A stretch of DNA of 62,535 nucleotides, counting the filler, from Basidioascus undulatus (taxonomy: Eukaryota): the NCBI GenBank assembly GCA_000826855.1. It is 7 parts of 7 records of this genome, joined end to end, with 100 filler letters (N's around TTAATTAATTAA, not from the genome) between each part and the next. Parts side by side here need not be neighbours in the genome. Positions count along the whole stretch, not along the records: positions 24,025 to 50,541 come from JTLS01000185.1; 6 more parts are not named here. One strand, written 5' to 3'. The notes under the pieces were generated by a model that ran no database searches, was not told the DNA's origin, and worked only from the letters and a program-made list of their open reading frames with translations. This document shows, piece after piece, positions 25,239 through 38,860 of the stretch (position 1 is its first letter; each line of letters starts with the position of its first letter). A program made the translations under genes and the position numbers.

Positions 25239-25807
25239 GGCTGGCGGCGTACAGACCGAATGTCGTGTATATTCAATAAAGAGCGTGGGTGTAGGTGTGG
25301 GTGGGGCCAGAGATCAAGCTCGAGTGTGGTCGATGGAAGGTGCAGGCAGCCAGCAGCGTGCGCCGGACGCGTCTTGAGCCCGGGCCGGCCTGGCAACATC
25401 AAGGGTCGCGCTTCCGACAACGGTGTACTCGATGGATTACTCGCATTTTCGTCTGATGATATCAAGCAGTCTATCATTATTTATGGTCAGAGTATTCAAT
25501 ACGATGTCATTTGTTTAACAAACAGGGTGTTGCAATGACCGTGCAATGTCACTTGGCTGCAAACGCCGGAATGAAATCAAACAAGTCCGCAACCGCCTTG
25601 AGCCGCATTCCCAGGCTCGCGCGTGCGCTGGCTTCCTCACCTTCGCCGAACACGTCCTCCTCGCAGTCACACACGTTGATACACGTTCCTCCCCATTTCT
25701 TTCATTTCCTACCGACCCCTACACGCGATTCTACACAGGCGGGCTCCCTCTTGTTCCCCCTTCAGAACGCGCTCAGGCTCGCGTAAACGCCTTGCACACC
25801 TGCCATC

Positions 25808-28800
25808 ATGCAGATGCTCACAAAAGTACGCTGCACCCTCGCGACTGTTAGGCTCCATGGTCGTGCTGCTTACACCCAGACCATCAGTTCGAGTCAAAAA
25901 GCGCGCGTGTGAAGGGCATCGGTGCGTGTCCAGCCGACCCCGCACCCTCCGAGCGCCTGCGCGAGCTCACAGATCCCCCGCACCCACCCAGCCTTCCACC
26001 CCAAACAGCCCCTCCTCGCCGCCTCCCTCCACAATGGCTCTATCCAGCTCTGGAACTACCAGATGGGCACTCTGGTAGACCGCTTTGATGAGCATGATGG
26101 TGCGTGCTCTTGCCCTTGGCTGCGAGGCGGACACGGACGCTGAGCGGTGCCCGAGCAGGTCCTGTTCGCGGCATCTCTTTCCACGAGACCCAGCCGCTGC
26201 TCGCAAGTGGTGGTGATGACTACAAGGCGCGTTTTTGCTGCGAGGCACAATGTTCACGCAGTGCTAATGGGACTGGCGGAGAGCAGGTCAAGGTCTGGAA
26301 CTACAAGACCCGCCGCTGCCTCTTTACCCTGCACGGACACCTCGACTACGTCCGCACGGTCTTGTCAGTATCGCATGCCGGTTTCCCTCGCTCTCACCCC
26401 CACTAAACACATTTCTCTCACAGCTTCCACCACACCCACCCCTGGATCCTCTCCGCCTCCGATGACCAGACCATCCGAATCTGGAACTGGCAGTCGCGCA
26501 ACTGCATCGCGATCCTCACCGGCCACAACCAGTGCGCCTTTTCTCCTCTCACCCCCTCCACAACCTCGCGTTTCTGAATGCTCATGCTGTACCCTTTGCA
26601 GCTACATCATGTGCGCGCAGTGGCACCCGCAGGAGGACCTCATCGTCTCCGCGTCCATGGACCAGACCGTGCGCGTGTGGGACATCAGCGGCCTCCGCAA
26701 GAAGAACACCACCGCGATCCCCCTCAGCTTCGAGGAGCAGATCCAGCGTGCGAACCAGGGTCAGGCCGACCTCTTTGGCAACACGGACGCGGTTGTCAAG
26801 TACGTGCTCGAGGGTCACGACCGCGGTGGTGCGTTCTTCCTGTGTCTTGGCGGAACGATATGGGAAGGGGCGCGAAAGGGCGAGGGAACTCGATGGGCTG
26901 ACGGATTGCGGGGAGGATAGTCAACTGGGCTGCGTTCCACCCCACCCTCCCCCTCATCGTCTCCGCCGGCGACGACCGGCAGATCAAGCTCTGGCGCATG
27001 TCTGAGACCAAGGCTTGGGAGGTCGACACCTGCCGCGGGCACTTCAACAACGTCTCCTCCGCGCTCTTCCACCCGCGGCACGAGCTCATCGTCTCGGACG
27101 GTGAGGACAAGACGATCCGCGTCTGGGACATGACCAAGCGCTCCGCCGTGCAGACCTTCCGCCGCGAGCACGACCGCTTCTGGGTCCTGACCGCGCACCC
27201 AGAGCTCAACCTCTTCGCGGCGGGCCACGACAACGGCCTGATCGTGTTCAAGCTCGAGCGCGAGCGCCCCGCGTTCGCCGTCCACCAGAACACGCTCTAC
27301 TACGTCCGCGACAAGTACGTCCGCCAGCACGACCTTGTCACCGGCGCCGACGTCGGCGTCCTCTCCGTCCGCAAGCTCGGAACCTCGTACACTCCCCCGC
27401 GCTCGCTCAGCTTCAACCCCGCCGAGAAGAGCGTCATCGTCACTTCGGTGCGTTTGCTGTTGCTTGGCTCTTAGGGATGATGTGGGTGGGTGATTAACCG
27501 ACGTGGGACTGGGATTGTGACAGCCGACTGAGAACGGCGTGTACGAGCTTGTCGCGCTGCCCAAGGACCCGCAGGCGGGCGGCGAGCTTCGCGACTCGAC
27601 GACGGACGGGAAGCGCGGCAGCGGCGCGAGCGCGATCTTTGTCGCGCGCAACCGCTTTGCTGTACTCGACCGGATCGCTCAGGTGCGTTCGTCCTTCCCG
27701 GCTGTCTTCTATCCATGCGCTGCGCTCGCTGATAGTGCCGCCCCCGTGCCCTGCCCCGCACAGTCCATCGAGATCCGCGACCTCGCAAACTCGCTCACGA
27801 AGACGGTCAAGTGCCCCGTGCAGACGAACGAGATCTTCTACGGCGGCACGGCGAGACTCCTCCTCGCCGGCCCGTCCCAGGTCATTCTCTTCGACATCCA
27901 GCAGCAGAAGGTCCTCGCCGAGCTCGCGACGCCGCCGGTCAAGTACGTCGTCTGGAGCGCGGACGGCTCGAACGTCGCGCTGCTGAGCAAGCACAGTGAG
28001 TCTGAGTTGACGGCCTGGGGTTTGAGTTCTGTGAGAGGAAGAGAGCGGATGGACTGATTGACGGGTTGGTTGGTTGTTTGTGAACAGCTATCACCATCGC
28101 CAACAAGTCGCTCGGCTCCAGCAGCCTCATCCACGAGACGATCCGCATCAAGTCCGCCGCGTGGGACGACAGCGGGATCCTCATCTACTCGACGCTGAAC
28201 CACATCAAGTATGCGCTGCCGAACGGGTGAGTCGCATGTCTTTCCACTCGTGGGTCATCCAGAGAAAGCACCGATGATAATGGCGGATGCGGGCACCAGC
28301 GACAACGGCATCATCCGGACGCTCGAGCAGCCCGTGTACCTCGTGCGCATCAAGGGCAAGACGGTGCACTGCCTCGACCGCCAGGCGCGCCCGCGCCAGA
28401 TCGCGATCGACCCCACCGAGTACCGCTTCAAGCTCGCCCTCGTCAAAGGCAACTACGACGAGGTCCTCCAGATCATCCGGACGAGCAACCTCGTCGGCCA
28501 GGCCATCATCGCGTACTTGCAGAAGAAAGGGTACCCGGAGGTGGGTTGGCCATTCTGAGGAGGAGGGATGGAAAGCTCGGTGCTGATGGGGAGGAGGTTT
28601 GGCACCACTAGATCGCCCTGCACTTCGTCCAGGAGAAGAACACCCGCTTCGATCTCGCTATCGAGTGCGGTAATCTCGACGTTGCGCTCGAGACTGCCAA
28701 GGAGATCGACCGCGAGGAGGCGTGGAACCGGCTCGGACAGCAGGCGCTCAAGCAGGGCAACCACAAGGTCCGTTGGGTGGTTGGGTTCTCTTCCTGGAGC

Positions 28801-30797
28801 AACAGCGCTGAGAGAAGCTCGCGCCATGCAGATCGTCGAGATCGCGTACCAGCGCACCAAGAACTTCGACCGCCTCTCGTTCCTCTACCTCACTACCGGC
28901 AACACCGACAAGCTCAAGAAGATGCAGAAGATCGCGGAGATGCGTGGCGACCAGATGAGCCGGTTCCACAACTCGTTGTACCTCGGTGACGTCGAGGGCC
29001 GCGTCAAGGTCCTCACGGACGTCGGGCTTTGTGCGTCTCTCTTGGTGGTGTTTCAACCTGGAAGGCGGCTTCGCTGAACGAGCGGTGGTTTTGGGCAGAC
29101 CCGCTCGCGTACATGACCGCCAAGACCAACGGTCTCGACGAGCTCGCCGCGGAGGTTCTGGCAGTTGCCGGGCTCGACGAGGACTCGCTCCCGCCGCTTC
29201 CGCAGCTCGCGAAGAAGGCGGACATCAAGCCCCCGCAGCCGGTGTACGAGACGCACCGCGAAAACTGGCCGTCGCTGTCCTCGGGCGAGAGCTTCTTCGA
29301 CCGTGCGCTCGCGCAGGGGTATGACCCTGCGGACCCGTCTCAGGCGAACGGCGTATCGGAGCAGCTGGATGAGTGGGCCGCCGCGTCCGAGGACCCCCTT
29401 GCGGCGGTCGAGGACGAAGGGGCCGGCGCGGAGGACGAGGCGGACGCGTGGGACCTCGACGATGGCGAGCCGGTCGAGGTTCCTGAGGAGCCGGGCGCGG
29501 AGGAGGGCCCCGCGGCGACGGAGGAGGACGCGGCGGGCGCGGCGCCCGGGATCAGCGAGGTCGACCTTTGGGTCAGGAACTCGCCCCTTGCTGGGGATCA
29601 TGTCGCTGCTGGGTCATTTGAGACGGCGATGCAGGTGCGCTCGTTGCTGCTGGGCGACGAATCGATTAGAAGAGGCGGCGGCTGATCCTGCTTTGATCGC
29701 AGTTGCTCAACCGACAAGTCGGCGCCGTCAACTTTGAGCCGCTCAAGCCCCTCTTCTTCTCCGCCTACCGCTCAGCGCACGTCTACCTCCCCGCCAACGC
29801 GTCCCACGCGCCCCTGCCGATCCACCTCCGCCGCAACCCCGAAGAGACCGAGCCGCGAAGCGTCCTGCCCGTCGTCGGCCGCTCGCTGCAGAGCATTGCC
29901 GCGGGCGAGCTCCAGGAGGGCTACCGCCACTTCAAGCTCGGCAAGTTTGTTGAGGCCGCCGCGATCTTCCGCCAGATCCTCCACTTGCTCTTGCTCGTCG
30001 TTGTCGAGAGCGAGGCGCAGGCCCAGGAGGTTCGTTGATGCTTCTTGAACTCTTCAGGCATAGAGTTTGTTCGTTGACTTGGCTGGCTTTTGTGTTCGGG
30101 GTACGCAGGTCAAGGACCTCGTCGAGGTCGCCAAGGAGTACCTGCTCGGGCTGACGCTCGAGATCGAGCGCAGGCGGCTATCCCAGGAGGAGCCGGACAG
30201 CACGAAGCGTATCCTCGAACTCGCCGCGTACTTCACCCACCGCAAGCTCCAGCCCGCGCACCTCCAGCTAGCGCTCCGCTCCGCAGCAAACCTGTTCGAG
30301 AAGGCCGGCAACGTCTCCACCGCCGCGACGTTCGCGCGCAAGCTCCTCGACCTCAACCCGACCGCTGCCAACGTCGTTGCGAAGGTGCGTCGTTTCTCGT
30401 GCTTGCGCATACATGAGGCAAGTTGCAGGCAGCTAACTGCGCAATAATTTCTGGGTGATGCGGTAGGCCAAGAGCCAGGTCACTGCGGGTGACCGGAACC
30501 CGCGCAACGCGGTCGAGGTCGACTACGACGAGTTTGCAGAGTTCGACGTCTGCGCGGCGAGCCTCACGCCCATCTACGCCGGCGCGCCGAGCGTACGGGA
30601 CCCATACACCAATGCGCGCTACTTGCCCGAGTACAAGGGCTCGGTCTGCCGCATCTCGGGCGTAACTGCCGTGCGTCTTCTCGCATCTGCTTCTCCCTCG
30701 TTCACCCCCGGGGCTGTACTGACTCGTTTCCCTTCGCCTTGCCTTCGCGTGGATGCAGATTGGCGCACCGGCCAGTGGGCTGCGGTCGTTCGTCTGA
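25808..30797 (+). CDS. COP1: Coatomer subunit alpha (COPI)
   Basis: [23 protein letters not shown]40 repeats; [70 protein letters not shown]; ends [12 protein letters not shown]. Many introns. Confidence 0.97.
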
Positions 30798-31424
30798 GGG
30801 GATGGGGTTGGGGAAGAGACGGGGACATCCTGCCGATGATTATGAGCTGTGGATGTGGGTTTTTCCGAGTGCGACCGGGGATCTGAGTTGCCTGCGGCGC
30901 TTTTCTAGTTACTATTCTCTTGCCTTTTGACATTGATTCTATTGATACAACACCTTTTTGCGCAACCTCGGGCGGTAAGCGCCGTACGGTCGGTCGGGGA
31001 GGGCAGCGATGACGGACAAAACGGACAGCGATGACGAGCAAAACAGGATTTCGTGTTTCATGTGCGTAGCTTGGGAGGCACTTAAGTTATTTCGGGCATA
31101 GATGCGGCGAGATCGTTGCACGGCCGCACTCCGCACATGAATTGAACGCATGCACGTTGAGTCATACGTGAGAGCAGGTCGAGCGGAATGCAGCACAACT
31201 CAATGCTGCAACGGGTCTTACTAACGAAATGAATTAGTTTGGCATAATTGCAAAAACTTCAGGACTTGTGCTTTTCATCTCAAGTAAAGAATGGTCTGTG
31301 AGAAGGTCATTATCGAGTCAGGGCCGAGGACACGACGCCGATTTCGCGTGCGCGACACATCTTCTTCCTTGACACGCTACCACTACCATCTTCGACCTGC
31401 CCGCTCGCCGGAAGCCACAATATC

Positions 31425-34400
31425 ATGGCATCTTCCTCCCCGCTTCGCTCGCCGAGTGTAGACCCTGACGCCCTATCTGACGCGGACTTCGAGCGCCTGA
31501 AAGCCTATGCTGTCCAATACTACGCTACTGACGCCAGCATCTACACGGAGGACGCCGGGCTCGCGATCTTGGGGGAAGAGCCCCCGCCTGCGGATGACGG
31601 TCTGCCGAGCTTCGAGGAGTCTGTTGCAGCATGGAGGAGCATCTCCCTGCCTGAGGAGAAGATTGAGATGCAGCGGGACGTCGCCGAGCTGTTGAGGGCC
31701 GTGCTGGCAGGGCACAAGGCGAAGCGGTTGAGCGAGGCAGCCATGGACGTAATTATCGGTGCGCATCCACTCGATCTCGCAGGCGTGTGAATGTACTGAA
31801 ATGACCACCCACAGACGCTCCCGCACCTTTCGCGCTCATGAACGTCCGGTTCGAGGATCCGTTCCTGGCTGGATCATCTCGGCCTTCCTCCGCTGCCGAG
31901 GACGACGTCCCCCGGTCCCTGGCCGAGGTCGCCGACTCGGGCAAGCTGCTTTTCGCTATTCCGCCAGACTTCTCGCATGAGCTCGCGTCGCTCCCTTCTA
32001 CCGACCAAATGCTGTGCGCTGGACCGTGCCAGCCAATCCGACTGCAGATTCTTCACTGACCTGAAGCGTCGCGGACGACAGTGCGCTCACCCCGTCTTGT
32101 CCAGCCGACTCAGTCGCTCTTCTCCGCAGCGCCATGACACTCTTTCCTCAGCGACCGTCTAAGATCCCCAAGCCGAAAGAGCCCGACAGCTGGCTTGGCT
32201 TCGTAGACGAGGACGCGGACGAGGACGCGTGGACGAAGATGCGAGTAGGTGCTCATCTCTCTTCAAAGAGCCAGGCCCCACGCTGACCTGATGTACAGGA
32301 ACGTGCTGCTCCCTTCCTCTCCCCGCCTCTCCTCCCCATCTCGCCCGCTTCATCGCCCGCCGTCCACGAGCTCGACCTCCGGAACGCGCAGAACGAGAAG
32401 CTGGATATGGCGGATGTGGGCGACCTGCTTGGCAGCGTGGCGCCCGAGCTGCCCAGGACCGTGATGGACCAAGAGGTGACGCAGAAGACGCTGGATGAAT
32501 TCGGTGAGCGACCTTGATGACCCTTCCCAATCGCACACTGACACAGCAACAGACCGTCTTCCTCAACTTCCCTCCTCCTTCCCCGCGTCTCCGGCGTCAA
32601 GGTCGCCGGACAGCAGACCAGCGCCGTCATCCACATTGCCGTCTTCACCGCCATTTGTGAGGACCGAAGATCTGAAGATGGGTGAGTTGGCGATCAACAG
32701 CCACTTGTGAGCTGGATGGACGCTGACCCGCATCGCTATAGACGAAGGCGTTCTTCCTCGAAGTCTTGATCTTCAGGCTTCTGCGAAGACCTCAGATACT
32801 CTAGCGTACGTCTCAGTAGTAGCTGATACTTCCGGTATGTCCTCACCCGCTGTGATACACAGTCCGACTTCGCTGCACCACGCTCTCGCGCTTCTCGAGC
32901 CCTCCTCGCACGAGGTTCCGCCCCAGCCTCTCGCTCCTTCGGAGTTGACGGCCACGGCCGCTGAGTCAGAGCCTGAGCCGCATCACGACGCCACCGACTT
33001 TCTGTCGCTCGCCGGGCTCCAGCTGGACGGCGACGGCGAACTCGGGGCGTCTGAGGCCTTCATCCTCCGCGAGCGCCTCGTCGTTGAGGAGGGTCTCGAG
33101 CTGGAGCGTGCGTCGATCTCGTTTGGGCTGTACCGACGTCTTCTGACATGAGCCATTCGCAGTTCCTCCGGACTTGCCGACCTTACCCTTCACCTCCCCC
33201 AACGACCCACCGTTAGTCCCGCTCAAGCTCGCAGATATCGCACCGCTGCGTAAGCCAAAGAAGGGCAAGATCTCGACCGCTTCTCTTGGACCGCCGCGAG
33301 AAGCGGACGTACGCGTACGGCTGGATGTATCCAAGAATTTCAAGACCCTGAAGCGCGAGCTAGTCTGGCGGTACGTTCGCCCGTTTAATTATCCTCGTCC
33401 CGGTCTTTTGCTGATAAACCCATGGCATATGGCCAGCCCGTTCGACTACACGTCTGGCTCTCGCCCGCGCGTCGAGGATGTGGCGCGAATCGAGGACTGG
33501 CAAAACGAAGCAGACGCCGAGCAGCTGCTGTCGTCGGCATCGACGGCGCTGGAGCCGTTCGACCCGATACTCGCCGTCGAGGAAACGCTTCCCAACGCTC
33601 TCCCAGTTCGACCTTCCCCGATGGAAGACGTCCTCCTCACCCGGTCTGAGCTTGCCGCCGCGGCGTCTGACGTGGGCTCGTCCGTTTCCGCATCGCGCAA
33701 GCGCACGCACTCGAGCGACGTAGAATTGTCGCCCGCACCAGCCCCTCCCAAGGCTCCGCGCCTTGCCCAGCCTGCTTCACCGTCGCCGTCGCCGCTACGG
33801 GCGCCCGAACAGCCGCTGGCGGAGGAGGACGGAGATGGCGATGAGCTCAGCTATGTCGAGTTCTACCGTCCTTCGAGCCCTGCTGCGCCTCCCGCCCTCC
33901 ACGCAGTGGCTGCAGTCCCCGTAATCGAGAACACGCCAATACCTTCGGCCGTCGGCGACAACTTGCACCAAGCAGGTGTCTCGATCGCTCTCGGCAACTG
34001 GCTTCGGAACCGCAAGCTGGAGGCGCTCGCATCGTCGCAAGCTACTTCCCCCGCTCCGCAAATCGTCGCGCCCGCCATCGCATCATTCTCTCCACCTGTC
34101 GATGCACCCCAACCGCAGTTGCCGCTGCATTCCCCTCCGCCCCCGCCAAGCACAACGCACGTCTACTTCGCCTCGACCGGCTTCCTCTCCAACATCCTCG
34201 TCTACCGCGCCCTCACCTCGCAGCAGTCGATCGAGCTCGTCGAGCGCGAGTCGCTCAGCAACGTCGACATCGTGCTCGACCCAGACGCAGCGGTCCTCCT
34301 GCACCGGATCGCCGGGCTGCCAACCTCCGGGCCCGCGCTCGCCGAGAAGCTCGTGCGCATCCGGCAGGCGCAGCAGTACGATGAGATCACACTTGTGCTC

Positions 34401-35159
34401 GAGGCGTACGCCTCCAATTACAAGCCCGGAAAGCTCGCGCCGTACCAGCTCACTCCGCCAAATCTACGCGCGATCGACGCACTCAAGGCGCAAATCGAGC
34501 ATTCAGGAGTGGGCGGGATAGTCGTTGTCATCGCGGAAACGCCGGAGGAGACGGCGCGCGCCGTCAGAGAGGTCGGGGAGCGGCGGGCGACGGCGCAGCC
34601 GACCTGGTGGGCCGACGACCGAAGCTGGCTACTGGATATGGAAGAGACGGAGGTGAGCGTCCTCTGTGGCCGACGCTGGTATGTTTGTACGTGATGCTGA
34701 CATTACAATGTCTGCTCAGGATGAGGTCGACCTCGCGCAGAGCATCAATCCTTTCGCCGCCGCAGCGATGACCGCCCTCAAACCCCTCACGGACATCCTC
34801 GACATGACGCCCGACGAGCGCGTCCAGACCTTCGCGCTCGTCGTTGGACTAGCACGTATCGTGCGGTTTTTTCAGTCCGAATTCAAGTTTAGCATAGTAA
34901 CTAACAATCTTGCCCTATTCAGGACCGCTTCAACCGCCTCCTTGCCGAGCGAGAGCTTGACATGGCGTCGAGCGAAGTGGCGGACCCAGAGCCCTCTCCA
35001 AGCTTGGCTCCCGAGATCGAGATGGTTGGCGGCGAGGGAGGTGACGGGAGGTCGCCTTCCGCCTCGTGGAGACCGCGGTCGCAGGAAGCTCTGGTTGGGT
35101 GGGACGACGCGGCTGCGGTGGAGAGACTGCAGGCTGAGATGTGGAACGCGAGCCTTTGA
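31425..35159 (+). CDS. Large multi-exon protein with a C-terminal XPF/ERCC4-like + HhH-like region, probable Zip2/SHOC1-like
   Basis: C-terminus IELVERESLSNVDIVLDPDAAVLL...YDEITLVLEAY...VVIAETPEETARAVRE...DRSWLL..ETEDEVDLAQSINPFAAAAM...DILDMTPDERVQTFALVVG. The gene itself is well supported; the family call is an inference. Confidence 0.6.
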
Positions 35160-35737
35160 GCGGCTAACGAGTACCCCTTTCTTATCTTGGGCATGCATGC
35201 CACGTTCGACTTTTTGATAATTTCCGGCCTTGCTCGTGTGAGGCTATAGCAGAATGCTTGTTGCTATGTTACCAGTCAGCCATTTCGCGAAACTGGCCAG
35301 GTCGGTTTCAGGCGGGCAGCATTTACCGGGATTGCGGGGCGCCCTCGAGCGGCAAATCAAAAGGTCCGCCAACGACGGACGCGTCGGCTCCGTGAGCTCT
35401 CGTCTCCGTCGCCTCGAGACCGCGCTCCCAGCTTCTGAAGAGATTGCAACAGTCGTGCCTGTATATTAATCTGAAGAACGTTTACGACTCTGTGGAATTG
35501 ATTCTGTACTGAAGGCCTTGTCCTAGCAAGGTTAACTGACCGGACTCCGGACGCCCCTCCCGATCTCTGGCCTGCCGGGTAGCATTCCCCGAACGCTTCC
35601 CTTCGGCTGCCCTGTCCCGCCCTCCTTAAATGCTCCCAGGCGTCTTCTCTTTCCCCCTCATCACTATCCACAATACACTCTCACCTCACTTCTATCCCCC
35701 TTCTCATCCTCGCCTATCTCTAACCGTGCACCTCAAC

Positions 35738-38700
35738 ATGTCCAAGGAGCAGGAGCAGTCCAACAAGGACGCGTACGAGCACGACTACCCCGATGCCCTC
35801 AACGATGTTCAGGCCAACTCGGAGTGGGACGTCGTGGTCATTGGTGCCGGGCCTGCTGGTGCGTTCCGTGGTATACGCTTACAGGTGACATGAACAAGGC
35901 ATTGATTTCGGATGGCTGTGACGCCAGGTCTGATGCTGGCGACCTCGCTCGCTCGATTTGGGGGCCACAAGGTCCTCGTTGCGGACATTCGCACCGAGCC
36001 TACTACCGGTGCGCATGGCAATGTTCTCTAGTCTTCCTGTACCGAAGCACTCAACCTTCTTCGGTCCCCACAGCCGGCCGCGCTGACGGCATTCAACCCC
36101 GAACGATCGAGGTCCTCAAGAACATGCAGCCTCTCGGCGACATCCTCTTATCTCGTTCCTCTGCTTCTTACGAGCGCACCTTCTGGGACCCGACGGCGGA
36201 CGGCAAGGGCATTGAGCGCTCTCGCCGGGCGCAGAGTTTCCCGGACGAGCTGGAGATCGAGGACGGGTGTACGCTCGGCCTGCAACAAGGTGCGTGTTCC
36301 ATTTCCTAGTTGATCTGTGGGTTTTTATGCTCTAACTAGAAGAGATTGAATAGGTCTGATTGAGCAGGCTTTCCTGCGCGATATGGACGACCACGGCCTC
36401 CGTGTTACACGGCCCTGGGGATTCAAGAGCTTCGAGCTCTCCGAGACGGGCGCATACCCCGTCAGCGTGACGCTTCAGCGCGAGCCGTCTTCGGAGGGCG
36501 CGACGGACGGCGGCGAGCTGAAGACGGTGCGCACCAAGTACCTCGGTAAGCACCATGGCTGTTGCACCGTGTCATGTACAGACACAGCTGAAAGAGCTCG
36601 CTGGGGCAAGTTGGTTGCGACGGTGGTCGTTCGGCCGTGCGCTTGTTCATGGAGGAGAACCACGGCGTCTTCATGACTGGTGACTACGTCGACACTCTCT
36701 GGGGTGCGATTGATGCTGGTACGTTTCCCTAAATATCTCGTCTTTACACGGTAGTGCACGACGGCTCACTTTCCGTACGCGTCGCAGTTGTCAAGTCCGA
36801 CTTCCCTGACCTCCGGAAGATCGCTGCCATTCACTCTCAGAACTATGGCGGTACGTCAGCCCACTTATAATCTAGACCGTAACTCAGATGATCCTGACTT
36901 TGTGACACACAGCCATGTACATCTTCCCGCGCGAGAACAACAAGCAGGGCAAGCCGATTGTCCGCCTGTACACGCAGGTCAACAAGGCGACCGGCAGCAA
37001 GTCGGCCGAGCCTGCGACTACTGCCCGATGGAAGGTCAAGGCTGAGGATATCATGGAGGCGGACAAGAAGGTATGCAGACCAGACGATCACTTCCATCCT
37101 TCGTTCGATAGTTCTCCTGGCTCATCACGTGTTCACCAGATCATCGCGCCCTACAAACTCGAGTTTGAGCAGGTCGAGTGGTGGACGGGTAGGTAGTTAA
37201 TTCTCCCATCTTGAATGGAAGCAGACTAATTTCTTTTGCATCAGCGTACCCCATCGGCCAGCGTCTCGTCAACCAGTACTCCCTTAACAACCGGGTCTTC
37301 ATCGCTGGCGGTCAGTTTCAGCCACTTTCTTCATTTCCAGGGAAGAGCGTCACACCTGACATTTACTTGTCTGATTTTATAGATGCATGGTCCGTCTTTA
37401 TTTTAAGGCTTGCGGGCTTTTCGAGGGACCCCCCCGTTGACTCACTTCCATTTCGGTCGGCAGCCACACTCACAGCCCCAAGGCCGGCCAGGGCATGAAC
37501 ACCGCTTTGATGGACTCCCACAACCTCAGCTTTAAGGTGCGTTACTCCAAACAGTCACTTTCTGCACGAAAAACAGATCTGAACGCCTGCTTGCAGCTCA
37601 ACCTCGTCCTCCGCGGTCTCGCGCCTGAGTCCCTACTGCAAACTTACCACGATGAGCGGTGGAAGGTGCGTTCTCCACTGAGTTACTTTGGGAATCTGTC
37701 GCACTGATTCAGGATCTTTGTCTGTCGTCTTCAGGTTGGCAAGCGCCTCATTGACTTCGACGAGGAGTACTCCGCGCTCTTCTCGGGCGAGGTCCCTAAG
37801 TCTGCCCCTCACGTCGTGCGTATCATCTGCTTCCTCTCCGCCGCTCAGCTCAACTCACAAATCTTGCTTTCGGGCCGTTTAGGCTAATATGTCGCCGGCC
37901 GAGCGCAAGGCGCACTTCGCGAACGTGCAGCGCCGCAATGCCGCGTTCACCACGGGCGCGGGCGTCAACTACGAGATGGGCTCGCTCATCGTCCCGAACG
38001 ACAACCTGTCGCGTATCGGCCTGCAGCCGATTGAAGGCCTCAAGCTCCGCGCTGGGGAGCGTCTCCTGCCCGCTTCGTGCGTCTCGACCTTTCTCGCGCT
38101 GTCCAATTTTCCTTACCACCTGACGTCGATGTTGCTTCAGTGTCACTCGCTGCGTCAACACTGCCCCGGTCCGCCTGATCCACGAGATCCAGTACGACTT
38201 GCCGGGCGGCTTCCGCATCTACGTCCTTGCGGGCCGGCTCGCGCAGAACAAGCCCAAGCTCGCGCAGCTGTCGAAGTACCTCACTTCGCCCCGCTCGTTC
38301 GTTCAGCGCTTCAACGCGCCCCTGCCCGACGTGAAGCGGCCGCTGCCGGAGGTCCTGAACACGGGGTTGATGGGCTACGAGTGCGTGCACTTCTCTTCCA
38401 GTCAAATTCATCGTCACGGTGATTACTAAGCTGACCCCCGCTTCACGCTTCCGATTCACAGAGAGCTCAACCCTTGGTTCTCCATCCTCACTGTCGTCCG
38501 CGAGAGCCGGTTCGGGTTTGAGATTGAGGACCTGCGCGACCTGCCCGGCCTGAACGCGATGATCTACGCGGACGACGAGGATCCTTCAGGGGACCGCATT
38601 GGGAACGGGCCGGACGAGCGCCACGTCGGCGGGACCCACCGCAAGTACGGGCTGGAGGACGGCGGAATTGTGGTTGTGCGCCCGGACGGATATGGTATGT

Positions 38701-38860
38701 CTTGCAGTCGCCCTTCCTCCTTAGTGAGGGTTGAGAGTTGAACTGACTTTCATCGTTCGTTGCAGTTGGTGTTGCTGTGCCTCTGGAGGAAGCTGGATGG
38801 AAGGCGCTGGAGACGTACTTTGACGGATTCCTGCAGGAGCGGAGGAAGTCTCACTTGTAA
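35738..38860 (+). CDS. FAD-dependent monooxygenase, phenol 2-monooxygenase (PheA-like) family
   Basis: [90 protein letters not shown]; C-terminal VVVRPDGY. More than 12 introns. Confidence 0.92.

Noticed and set aside
1926..38860. Secondary-metabolite cluster from the MBOAT acyltransferase plus the FAD monooxygenase
   Set aside because: They lie on different contigs, and there is no backbone synthase in the window.
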